From IMG/VR virus record IMGVR_UViG_3300024336_000009, positions 7,795-71,794 of that record: a stretch of 64,000 bases of DNA, one strand, 5' to 3'. Position 1 is the first letter of the stretch, and every line of letters starts with the position of its first letter. This DNA is from a virus. Positions 50,825 through 62,245 of this stretch are shown here, piece after piece. The position numbers and the translations under genes were made by a program. The notes under the pieces were generated by a model that was not told the origin of the DNA, did not search any database, and was given only the letters and a program-made list of their open reading frames with translations.

Positions 50825-53272
50825 TTATAATGCATCCGGAATAATATAACCCAATCGTCTCATTAATTCAGCTTTCGTTTCCGAGTTCTCAGTCCTTTCA
50901 ATTTGTTCTTCATTTTCGGCCTTTTCATCTTTTAGGAAATTTCGGTCGGATTTTTCCGTGTCAAGTTGATCCCTTACGGATATTCTCATTTTTCCCACAA
51001 TGGAAGTTTTTCAGCTGGACGCGTCCAGCTCTTGTGTAGAACTCATAACCTGAAATAATACCCGATCTTTATATTGGGAAGGCAGATAATTGCTTGTAAA
51101 ACAATTTCCTGGGAAAATCCCAGATATACCATCCAATGTTAATGAGATTTCCAACGCGACCATGGGATCAAAATCAATAGAAACCGATTCTTTTTCATCG
51201 TATGTAATTAAATATTTCATGACATCCAATCATGGAGTGTCCTTGGTATTTAATAAATTCCCCCAATATCCATAAACACTGCCAGTCAATGTGTCTTTAT
51301 CTTCCGATTTGAAATTAAAATCAAAAAATTGTTTTTCGGTAAATTTCAACGTATGTATGCTTTTGACAGTTTCGGCGGTTTCATCATCGTGATTTTCTGA
51401 ATCTGACCCTTTTTTATCAATGGCCTCAATACCAACATCGGGACCACTTTCCGTATCAAATTTGGAATTTACCCCAGCGGATTTATTACCAAATTTATCA
51501 AAATTTCAACCGGGTTTAATATCATGAATCAGCCCGTCTTTATCACCAGGAGCACTACCCAATTTACTAGCAGCGACAATTTTAATGCCTCCCATTTGGG
51601 AAGGTGACGTAATTTCCTCAGCATTATCCCACATCATCGCCATAGCCATTTCATTTGTAATTTTAGCATTTAATGATTGTGCAGTAACAATACTATCCTT
51701 ACCCATAACTGGGAAATGGAATAAACCACCAGTAACAGTTTCTCAATATTTATCCAATTCACTCGGAATTTTAAGCAACGATTTTACAGATTGTTTGGTA
51801 AGATTCATGTCTACAATCTTTAATGTACCGGGTCTATCTGGTGCAGATACCAATTGCAAATCTCATATTCCAACATTTTCATTCATTCTCTCAAACAATT
51901 TTTTAAGTGCACTGGTGATATCAGACGCGTCATTGAATACATTTGTTATCAAATAATTCCAATTGAACATTATATTTCGCATGTATCCTATCTTTAAATT
52001 TTTATATTCAGCTGGATCATCAGTTACTTGGAACGTTGGGAAATCCTTATTAAAATCCCGCAATATCGGATGAACATCAGTAAGATCATCCACATTTCTA
52101 TGCGATTGTCCAGGTAAAATAAAAAATTTATAATCTGGAGAAATCAATTTATCATGACTTGATATTTTAGTTGATTGTCATGCCAGCTGATCTGGGGGCA
52201 ATCCTTCAGTTTCAGCCAATCCAGCCGTTTCGATTGTGTGTTGATCCCCGTTGTCTTTTAATATAGGTTCTATACTTCGAATTGAACTTATTACTACACC
52301 GTGAGCGTCCACTTTGCTTAAATATTTATTTAATATATTATCTTCTATTCATCCCCATGATATATATAATTCATGTGATCTCGGATCGGCACCGGTAGAT
52401 GGTTCAAATCTATTCTTAATTCATTGTAATGGCATTCCTTCATTGCCAATTCCACCATCATCCACATGTTTAAATTTTTCAAGTTTGGTTGAAATGTCCC
52501 TTAGAAATGTTTGGAAATTTTGTTTAAGTTCAACTTTTCGGTTATCATTTTTATCCGTTTTTGCGACATTTATATTGTCCACTGGAGTAATTCGTTGTTT
52601 TAATATGTCTAATCCCATTGAAGAAATATTGGTAGTGCAATCGATTCCCCCATCGTCTCTAGTCGATCATTCAAAATTGGTTACGAGACCAATCATACCA
52701 TCATAAGTTCCATTGGAATTAAATGAATTTTCCATCATTTTTTTATGTGCCAATATCATATCTGGGCTTTTTTCATTTATATCATGTAATACCATATCAT
52801 TGTCCGAATATGAATATCCCCATTCTAAAATAACAGTTCTACCCGGTTTTAAAAAATATGGAGTATATTTGGTAACATCGTCAAATGACCAACAAGTCCA
52901 ATTAATAGTAGCAGTACGCAATGTCGCCAATGTATTTTTATATTCAACACTAATACTTTTTACTCCAGGCATTGGTCTGTACTGATTATCACCAGTATTT
53001 CTAGGAGAATTATACATATCCTCAAAACCATAATATGCTTCTTGATTTTCTTTTAACAATCCCCCACCTATTATTACAGGTTTATCATCTTTGATAAGCC
53101 CAACCATCCGGATTCAAGTCGATTTTGCAAAAATGTTATTTGCGTCGGCTTTCTTTTTCCCAGTACCATCGGTCTGCGGACCTTCAAATAGTATGCCTTC
53201 TCTATTTAACAACTTTTGTCGTCTGTGCAATTCCGCCCTAATTTTACTATGTATGGGTTGTAGATTAATCAT
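50825..53272 (-). CDS. Baseplate/tail-hub-associated protein (815 aa) with 10 TGA=Trp
   Basis: Single frame from ATG 53272 to TAA 50825; ST-W-IRMV, RPMPGVKSI, ATINWTCWS, LEWG, ISWG-W-IEDNIL, LTLDGISGI.PG. Confidence 0.75.
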
Positions 53273-53274
53273 TA

Positions 53275-53577
53275 TTAAAACCCCCTATTTAATTCTTCCA
53301 AATCACTAAATATTTGTGCAGTGTCGGTGGGTATTCTGATATCCAGTCCAGATTTTAATGTAAAATTTGCATCATCTATATCATTGGCAAGTGCTATTAT
53401 CCACCACAACGATGTGTCTCCATAATATTTAAATGCAAGCAAATCTAGCCTGTCACCTTTTTTGGACATTGTGAAAATATCAGAATCCAATATTGGAATC
53501 TTGGGATACAATGTAGTCTTAAATACACGGTTTTTTAAAGAATTTCTTTTTATATTGGTGTGTGTATATCTACCCAT
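53275..53577 (-). CDS. LysM-like baseplate wedge protein (gp53-like)
   Basis: GDRLDLLAFKYYGDTSLWWIIALAN...IRIP. Confidence 0.8.
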   Translation of the reverse strand: MGRYTHTNIKRNSLKNRVFKTTLYPKIPILDSDIFTMSKKGDRLDLLAFKYYGDTSLWWIIALANDIDDANFTLKSGLDIRIPTDTAQIFSDLEELNRGF

Positions 53578-53580
53578 TTT

Positions 53581-56500
53581 TTAATCCTCCCACGATGGAT
53601 CAGACCATGAAAATGGTCCATCGCCCTTTCCAGATTGCCCCATTTCCGCGAACAATTCCCTTAAATCCATCCCATCGGAATGCCTATCGGGATAATTGCC
53701 ATTTGGATTATCCAAATATGCAGTGGAACTTTTATTATTGTTATTTTTATAATCCAGCCAATCCAAATCATAATGCTTACCCTTTTGAGCCGGCTTGTGT
53801 TTTCCAATGTATTTATACCCAACACTAACACTTAAATGCTTGGGCAATTTGAAATGATCATCCAATTCCCAAGTGGTGTTATCTTCTACCGTTATTGATA
53901 AGCTGGTTAAAAATCCTGGAGCCCCCGTTCACATATTACCAATGGTCAATTCGGCAAATGGAGATACCATTCGTTCCATATCACTATTGGAAAAATCTTT
54001 TCAGCTGGGGTAACACATTCCAATTAAATAATTCATTTTTTCTCATAAAATTGGCAGTTCCTGTTTCGTCTTTGGATATACATTGAAATTGAAACTTATT
54101 TCCCTGTCCACTCCAGCGTATGTATATACTTTATCGGGGCGGCCTATGTATTTTTCTTCTGATCAATCTGGTGTAACACTATCCGATATCCCAGACAGAA
54201 TGGCTCTGAAAATGATTCATTTATTATTGACCACATCTTTAAATTTAAATGGAATGAAATCTCGTACTTCTAAATTGTTAATTTCCTTTGGCTCTTTTCC
54301 ATTAACACTCCCGTATGGTAGGGCATTAACTTTGTCAACCTTACTTGTCATAAGCTTACTCGATCCCAAATCGGCCTTAATATGACTAAAACCAGCCTTT
54401 TTCAAACCGGCATTAAATGTCTCGGGCCTAAAGAAAAATCCATCTCCGGTTGTTTCAGACCCATCTGTAAATTGTCTAAGAATTCCAGCATTACTTTGAT
54501 CTCCAACATCAATTACAGCAAATTTTTCATCATCACCAAATTGATCTTTTCGAATTCTATCTATCTCTCTACTTGCTTCCGCATTATTGCCCAGTAGACT
54601 TCCCAGTTTTGATAATAACGGATTTGTTCCCGGATTATCTATAATTGCTTCTTCTTTTCTGAAATGATAATTCAATGAATTTTCACCCCAATCAACAAGT
54701 TTTGTATCTAAAGGATTGGCCGCTTCGAATTCCAAAACGGTAGATGATACAAGTGGTGATCCAGTATTCCAATGTCGGTTGATATGAACTGTAGGCGTTA
54801 TAGAACCCAATGACAATGGATTCCATGTTCTAGTTTCTTCCTTAGTATTAAGGGTCTGCAATGCCACTTGTTTTATTCCAAATAGAACACCTTTAGTCGA
54901 AAGTATAAATTTGCCGATTCTGAATACATCGGCAATAGTTCTTGATATGGATGTAATTAATCCACCACGTACTATGCCCTCATCAAAAGCGCCTGTATTA
55001 CCCAATCCATATTTATCTCCTATATCATGAAGGTAAAATGGTTGGTTAAATCCTATATCATTATGTCCATCTCCAATTCTATAATTGAGTTCATCACCGT
55101 CTTTAAATCCACGGCCGTAATAATTATCCAAATTTGTAGCATCATCATTTCCCCACGAATCTTTATGCAAATCTTTTAAGCGTGATTGATCACCACGTGT
55201 GTTATTTGTTATTGAGCTGCCCTCTCCAATTTTGGCCACGGAAGGAGAATAAGCCTCCCCCCTATAAAAACCAGTATTCAGAAATTTTGGTGAATTTTCA
55301 TTCTGTTTGCCCAATTGAAAATTTCTAGTATATGGTTCCATTGTCAATGTGGTACTGGTATCAAAATATTGAATTCTAGATCGTCGTTTGTATGTTTTTG
55401 TATATGACTTGCCTATACTGAATGTTTTAAACCACGAATCCGTAGGACTTGGAGTATCTTCTTTTGTAGGTAAAGCGATATTGGAATTCAATGACGACAA
55501 TGCTTCATATGCATGCCCAAATATATCCGTAAATGTCATGTTTATTGCATCGCCGGTTTTAAATCTACTGTCTTTAATTGGTCCAAATAAGCTGGCAAAT
55601 TGTAATGTTGATGTAGGTTTAGTAGACGCTTTATTTGGTAGGTATGTTCCAGCCCAATCAATGTTTTCATCCGAATCGGTCAGTATTCTAGTCTGTAATC
55701 CATAATTACCAACAAAACTATATTGTTTTGGAATATGAAATGTAGGTTGTTTTCCATCCACAAATGATGTATTGATAGCATCTTTAGTTGTGGATCATAC
55801 TGGAGCAGTCGCTATTCTAGATAATTGTCTAGCTCTAATAGTAGTTGGATTGTGTGCGGCCAAATTGACATCACCCTCAATCCAATGCAATGAATCTTCA
55901 AAATCTACCTCTGGATAATGATCAAAAAATGTTCGGTCTGTTTTCTCATATGATATTGGAACACCAGTATCAGCTATGTCTCCTGTCATATATTGAACAG
56001 AATCTGCAAATGGAATCGCCGTGTGATGATTAAATGCCGCTCTAGTTTTAGCGTATGAAATTGGCAATGTTATCGCCGGAGTGTCATAAACAATATCAGG
56101 ATTAGTTACCGATGTTTCAATTGGAGGAGCATATCTACTAATATAACTGGCAATTGGAGTAGTCATAAAATCACTCCCATGTGCGCCCAATGTACTGGGT
56201 GTCGTATTTATTGCCGTTTGATATGTTTCACCAGCGGTTGGTCCAGTTAATGTAATCATACTTACATTATGAGTTAATGAATCTGAAAATCCCTGCAGAT
56301 TACTTATGTTATTAGCAATTGGAGTAGTCATAAAATCGCTGTCATATGCATTAGGTGCCGCAAAGATGATAGGTTCCAATGTATCTAACCCCACAGTATG
56401 TCTGGTTGTACTTAGTGCCATTGTGTCATTTGGTGCCAGTTTTGAGTCCCCGTATGCCATATTAAAAGTAAATCCAGCGGGCAATGTCCCAGGTCCCCAT

Positions 56501-56835
56501 TCTCCAGTAACCCCACTAAAATAATTAACAGGACCAGTTTGAATACCTTCACCAGTTGGGTGTACCTGACTGCCCACCGCTTCCAGCATATTAGCTAATG
56601 CACTTTCATTGGGTCTATCAAATTCTTTATTTCCAGTAACAGTATATCCATGACCATCATTAAATGATTGTGCATTACTTGAATTACCAACTCCAGTATC
56701 AAGTTGAGAATGCTCAATTGAATGTGCAGGCATGGATGGAGTTTCATTTGATAATCCACCATGGCGTCCACCATGTTGACTTAAATTGTCTCCAGCACCA
56801 GCTGATAAATCACTTGTTAAATCTATAATACTCAT
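53581..56835 (-). CDS. Large tail/baseplate protein (1084 aa) with a C-terminal tube-like domain; 6 TGA=Trp
   Basis: In frame across TGAs at 55795, 54217, 54163, 54043, 54001, 53929; DFIPFKF, FRAILSGISD..PD-W-...YIGRPDKVYTY.G..REISFNF. Confidence 0.75.
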
Positions 56836-59537
56836 TAGTCCGATACTCCCAGTTCTCCAACTTTACCAGTCAGTTTGTTCATCAAATCCTTATTTTGTTT
56901 TAATAATTCCCTATTTACACCCACTATTTGAGTTAATAATTTATTCGTTTCGGCCATATCAGTCGCTTGATTAACAGTATTTCCATCTCCAGAAACAGTC
57001 ACATCCGACGATCCACCTATTCCAGTCAATTTGTCCAATACAGGCAAAAATGGAGACAATAATAATGCCCCGCCAGCCAGTTTTGCCATACCTCAACCAA
57101 GTTTACCAAATGCTTCTCCCAAGCTTATTATGGAAGATGTCATTGGGGCCAATTTTGTAAGTATAGGTTCAAAACTAAGAAATCCAGCAGATAACATAGT
57201 AAATCCAGTTCCTATCGCCTGAATAGCATATCCCAATACCAATAATCCGCCAGCCATTATTACCATTGCTGCCGCACCAGCCAAAATTGCCACAGTTCCA
57301 ACACCACTAGACATTATTGCCCCCAATGCTAATACCGCTACTACCAATCCACCCAATGCTAAAGCGGCCTTACCCAAACTGGGCCAATCCACTTTATTAA
57401 ATACCACCAATGCCTGTGCGGTTATGTATAATGCACCAGCCACAATTACCATTGCTGCAGCACCAGCCAACATCTTTTTGGGATTAATTCGTTCCACGAA
57501 TCCAAGTCCAGCCTTACCCTTTGGCTTTGGAGCTTTTGCAAATCTTCCTTTAGCATCTCTTAATCTGCCAGCCTTATCTGTTGATAATCCACCCTTTGAA
57601 GAGGCCATTCCAGATATCAAACCTTTCATTTTGCCCAACTTTGTGAGCATTCCATTGCCAATAATTCGTTTTCTGAATAATAAAGCAACCGCAGCGAGAG
57701 CTGTCAGGCTCGCCAATAATCCTGGAGAATATTCATACAGTTTTTTAATACCAGTGACCAATAAACCAACGGAGGCCACCATCAATGCAAATTTTGCCGC
57801 TATCGCAATAACTGGTAGTAAAAGTACGCCGACTGTTATAGCTATTATTTTTCAATTTTTAACCATTCATTCTAATGCTGGAGCTATATAGTCAGTTATC
57901 CACCCACTCATCGTTTCCAATATTGCAGGTATTTTTTCACCAATGGACTCTAACATTGGTTGAAATCTTTTCTTTAAAGCCCCAGTAATGTCGTTCCACG
58001 CGGTCCCGATATTCTTTACCATTGCAGCGTGTTTTTCTGCAGCGGCAGTTTGATCGGTTGACATATGATTTAAATGCTCTTGATTCAATACCATTTTTGT
58101 TAATTCTTCAACTCCCACACCAAATGCTGCAGCTAATTTTTTCCTTTGGAAATACTGCATATTTTCCAGTTCCGCTTGACTACCAACTTGTTTTAATACC
58201 TCTCGTTGCATTCCTGCCAAGTCACCTGTAAATGCCAATTGTCTAGCTTTATCCGTATTGATATTTCTGCCTAATAGAATTGATGCTTCCATTGAAGATT
58301 CGATTGAACTTTCAAAATCCAATAGACTTTCAGCCATTTTTGCAGTCGTTGCAATACTCAATCCCAATTTACGAGCTTCGATTGCCGCTGTAAATAAATT
58401 GTCCCCACCGTCTTTTGCGTATGTGGCGAACATTTCGGTGTCCCCAGCCAAATCTTCCATAACTGCCGCTGGAGCAACTTTGTTTGCTCGAGCCAATTCA
58501 CCTACCATTGCCAAACTATGCATTGATGCTGAAAAGGATGAACCTGATACAGCCATCATCATTTCAGCCAATTTAGCTGTAGATTCGGCGGATACCCCAT
58601 ATTGGAATCCCAATAATTTCATTTTCATTAAATTTTGACTTGTCGCTATATCAAGTGAACCAAACTCAGCCAATAGTGCTTTCGCTTCCTCTCGCGCAAA
58701 CAATATGGCCGGTCCAAATTGAATTAATTGACCATATGAAAATCCAGTTTCATTACCGAAATCAACCATTTTCTTACCCAATGCTACTAACCCCACCCCT
58801 ATAGCCAAAATGCCAACTTTAAGGGCCGTTATTGGATTGGTGACAATGGATATCAATTTGGCCTTTATATCACCCCATTTTTCCTTTTGAGCTTCAATTT
58901 TTGAATTTAATTCTGTATTTTTTTTGTTTATCAAATCATGCATTTTTGACTGTGCTTGCATACTTTTAACATTTTTGATTTGAGCGTTTATCAGTTTAAT
59001 ATTATTTTCAACACCTTGTTCCGTAATATCATATTCACCGTCGGCCAGAGATTTTCTAGTTTTCATCAGATCGGATAAATGTGAAGATAAATCAACCGTT
59101 TCAAATTCTTCAGAATTTAAATTCTTCCGGTTGTGTACCATAGCCAAACCCAAATCCATAGTTTCACTAGATAAATCTCGTATTTTTTGCAGTGATTCCG
59201 ATTCCTTTAGGGTAATTCCTTGCAGAGTTGCCATATTGTCAGTTCAATTGACTGTATTTTGTAGAATCTTTTGTTGTGACTTGCTAAGATTGGCAAATTT
59301 TTTCCCGAGATTTTCTATTTGAGTTTCGTTTGTAGCGGTGTTTTTTATTTTTCTCTTTAATTCGGCATTTTGCTTTTTTATATTTTGATATGTTACTTCT
59401 TCGGCCGCACTACGTTTTTTACCCTTTTCTGCCAAAGTATCGGCCTTTTCAATTTGCTCATCAAGCTTCGTGATTTGAGCTCGCATTAAATCAAGTGTTT
59501 CTTTGGCCTCAATATTTCTAGAAGTTCGTTTTGCCAT
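56835..59537 (-). CDS. Tape measure protein (900 aa); 4 TGA=Trp (59244, 57867, 57852, 57093)
   Basis: Helical Ala/Gly-rich with hydrophobic repeats; LLDFESSIE..MEAS.L.GR.IN..KARQLA; four fragments in one frame. Confidence 0.8.
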
Positions 59538-59560
59538 TTTATTTAATCCTTACCAATCCA

Positions 59561-59800
59561 TTACCGTTTGAAATATTCAGACATGAATTCTTTTTTTGTA
59601 ATAACCCTTTCAAGTTTATCAATATCCACTTCTGCCCAAGCAGCATTTGCCGATTTTATTCGTCGATCCAATTCTTTTCTATGTTTTTTTATTTCTGGAT
59701 GATTCTTTATATACTTCTTGGCACCTTTCGTGTCATTTCTAAGTAGAAATGTTAAAAAGTTATCCAATATATCCATGATGCCCTCATTTAATTTACTCAT
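59561..59800 (-). CDS. Small hypothetical protein
   Basis: MSKLNEG; GGAG RBS. Confidence 0.55.
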   Translation of the reverse strand: MSKLNEGIMDILDNFLTFLLRNDTKGAKKYIKNHPEIKKHRKELDRRIKSANAAWAEVDIDKLERVITKKEFMSEYFKR

Positions 59801-60068
59801 AATTTTCTCCGATTAATTTGGCAATAATATCCGCGACGATATCTGATTGTTCGTCATTTATAGCATGTAAATCTGATAAATAATGCCCAAATAAATGTCT
59901 AGCCTGATATATGGAATCGCATGATTGTTCTTTTATTCTTATAAAATATGGAGGATTGGTAGTATCACATTTATCATCAACCAGTGCCGGCACAATGTCC
60001 GGCACTTCGATTAAATATTTACTACATAACCGTTCAAATTCATTCTTAATTGTTTTGTATGAACTCAT
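59793..60068 (-). CDS. Small hypothetical protein
   Basis: First ORF after a TATTTATA motif. Confidence 0.5.
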   Translation of the reverse strand: MSSYKTIKNEFERLCSKYLIEVPDIVPALVDDKCDTTNPPYFIRIKEQSCDSIYQARHLFGHYLSDLHAINDEQSDIVADIIAKLIGENYE

Positions 60069-60106
60069 AGTTCAATCCTATCTATTTACATATAAATATC
60101 AAATTC

Positions 60107-60340
60107 CTAAGTTTTCAGTTGTGGACCACGCGCAATACCCGAATTCTTATTTTGGGCTTTATCGTGTGCATCTTGTTCATCTTTGATAGATTTTTGAATC
60201 ATTTTTATATAGAAGCGGCGGAGCCATACGGGCATGTGATACACCTCAGTATGATTGAATCCGCCGTTCCCATGATAACACAAAGTATAGATTTCTTCGT
60301 GTACGGTTACTCTATACTCTGGCGGAAGGCCAAAAAAACT
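60107..60340 (-). CDS. Start-less ORF in the +1/-2 frame; putative frameshift extension of the upstream chaperone
   Basis: FFGLPPEYRVTVHEEIYTLCYHGNGGFNHTEVYHMPVWLRRFYI...; begins at a T7 run. Confidence 0.6.
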   Translation of the reverse strand, partial: SFFGLPPEYRVTVHEEIYTLCYHGNGGFNHTEVYHMPVWLRRFYIKMIQKSIKDEQDAHDKAQNKNSGIARGPQLKT

Positions 60341-61085
60341 GGACCGTCATAGGGACAGTCACCTCCTCGTCATGAGCACACAATGAACATTCAAAGTTGT
60401 ATGACATATCAACATCTGGTGTGATATTTCTAAGGTGCTCTCTGAATGGCATTGAATCTACTGCCAATAGGCTGGTATCTACAAAGTTATTAATGAAAGC
60501 TTGTTCTGAATTTCCATTGACACTTGTAATGACCTTTTTCAGTCTAGTAGTGACATCACTTTCAACGTCATCTTTGCTAATTTTCTTTAGACCCTTGAGT
60601 TCGGCATCAATTTCACGTTCATCCTTTTGGGTGAGCATTTTGAATTTAATATCAATTTTCGACTTTGGCAGTGTTCAACTGAATTCATTTACTCCTTTTT
60701 CAAGACCATCAAAACTGACATCCTTTTCAACTAATAGGGTTAGATCGACACTATCCTTATTATGTTCTGAACATGCAGGACAATCGACTTCAAAGTTATA
60801 ATCTTTGCCATATCCTAATACGCGGGCCGCTACCATCAATGCATTTTTGTCTCCAATAAGCATTGAATCTAAATCAATAGATTTGTCAACTACGAGGGAC
60901 TTTAATAACTTGTCAATAACCACCCCCCTTCTTATTAAGTTTTGTGATGTTAAAATATCTTCATCTTTTGCGGTCATATACCGCATCTCTAATTCGCCTG
61001 AGCTCAACGGATTATCTTCTGCATAGAAGAATCCTTTACTCGGAAGCGAAACAATTTCGCTAGGAAATTTCATTTCTTCGCTCAT
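60312..61085 (-). CDS. Baseplate hub/tail assembly chaperone (T4 gp26-like), TGA=Trp at 60675
   Basis: LPSKG, YMTAKDEDIL, GDKNALMVAARVLGYG, CPAC, CSLC, FFWP. Confidence 0.75.
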
Positions 61086-61135
61086 AGTAACTCCTTTTGT
61101 TTTTGTTTGTTTTTGTTTGTTCTATTTAGAACCTC

Positions 61136-61624
61136 TTATTTAAATTTCTTTGCATATTTAGACCAATTTTTCTTGGCGTGTTTCACAACTTTATCAAATC
61201 TTTTAGCATCTTCTTTTTGACGTTTTTTATTATCGTCGTGCCAATAATCACCCCACTCAATCCCATCATAATTTAATTTAAATGGAACTTTATCTACCGT
61301 ATAACTTCTTTCTTTGCCATCCCACTCACTCATTGAAATTTCACATTTGCCATTAAGTTCAACTCCAAATTGAAGAAATTTCTTTTCACCCATTTGAAAG
61401 CTTTTCCATAAATATATTCTAGTATTTCCTACTGAACCATATTGTTCATTTTGCATGTGCCAACCAAGCCCAGCCCCATGTGTTTGTTGGTATCTAAGTT
61501 GCATTTCATTGTCATTGTATGATTGAATAAGATCATCTGGAAGTGGTTTGGATTTTTTTGGAGCGTCCTTAATACTTGTAAATTTCGGACCTTCCATTAA
61601 AGATGTGAGCTTGATGTGCTTCAT
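61136..61624 (-). CDS. Hypothetical protein, possibly head-internal
   Basis: MKHIKLTSLMEG N-terminus. Confidence 0.55.
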   Translation of the reverse strand: MKHIKLTSLMEGPKFTSIKDAPKKSKPLPDDLIQSYNDNEMQLRYQQTHGAGLGWHMQNEQYGSVGNTRIYLWKSFQMGEKKFLQFGVELNGKCEISMSEWDGKERSYTVDKVPFKLNYDGIEWGDYWHDDNKKRQKEDAKRFDKVVKHAKKNWSKYAKKFK

Positions 61625-62052
61625 TATCTAATCCATTTGGGGATAGATGGTCAGCGACTTATACGTGCATTATCTTTATTTTGCCAAAGAACGTCATCAA
61701 CATCCCTTTTATCAAACCCAGTCAATTTCTTATATATTTTTTTCCACTCTTTAGTTTTGGGTTTAAGTTCTTCACCATTAGGACCTATTAAATATCCTTC
61801 CAATGATTCAAGCTCTCAACCAGGTAATCCTCTCATTTGTATATGATCGGATGAAACCATCGGTTTCTTTTTCTTGCCTGAAGCTTTCCCAGCCGTAGTA
61901 TCTTTTCCACCTACCCTGACTTTTGTAGAATCACGCATTTTATGCTTCTCTTTATATGCATCAAATTCGGCTTGATCTTTGAAATCGATTTCATCCAATT
62001 CAACAAAATTTTCTCATTGTTTAGCTATTGATTCATATAATCCCTTTTTCAT
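61624..62052 (-). CDS. Hypothetical protein sharing its N-terminus with 62246..63370; 3 TGA=Trp (62014, 61816, 61651)
   Basis: LYESIAKQ-W-ENFVELDEIDFK..FDAYKEKHKMRDSTKVRVGGKDTTAG. Confidence 0.7.
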
Positions 62053-62054
62053 TG

Positions 62055-62243
62055 TTATTCCCCAGCTTTTGCTTTATATGCTCCAGCGGCATGTTCAAAA
62101 CCATTACCACCTGCAAATGTGATTAAAATCCATTTGGTTAGTTCAACCCATAATGTTGCGGTCAGTGCGCCAATACCTAACAGTCCTGTTGCGGTGGCGA
62201 ATACCACTGCTGCTATTAATACTTTTCTATTTTTTAATTCCAT
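62055..62243 (-). CDS. Small two-TM membrane protein, holin-like
   Basis: NRKVLIAAVVFATATGLLGIG..WVELTKWILITFAGGN; AAGGA RBS. Confidence 0.5.
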   Translation of the reverse strand: MELKNRKVLIAAVVFATATGLLGIGALTATLWVELTKWILITFAGGNGFEHAAGAYKAKAGE

Positions 62244-62245
62244 GA

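Noticed and set aside
50825-59537. Fragmented tail genes as pseudogenes or a decaying prophage
   Set aside because: Every break is an in-frame TGA, with no frameshifts or TAA/TAG interruptions, and the joined ORFs abut their neighbours.
61095-61121. ACAA/ACAAAA short repeat upstream of the chaperone gene
   Set aside because: Most simply an A-rich translational enhancer before the RBS; too short to support a phase-variation claim.
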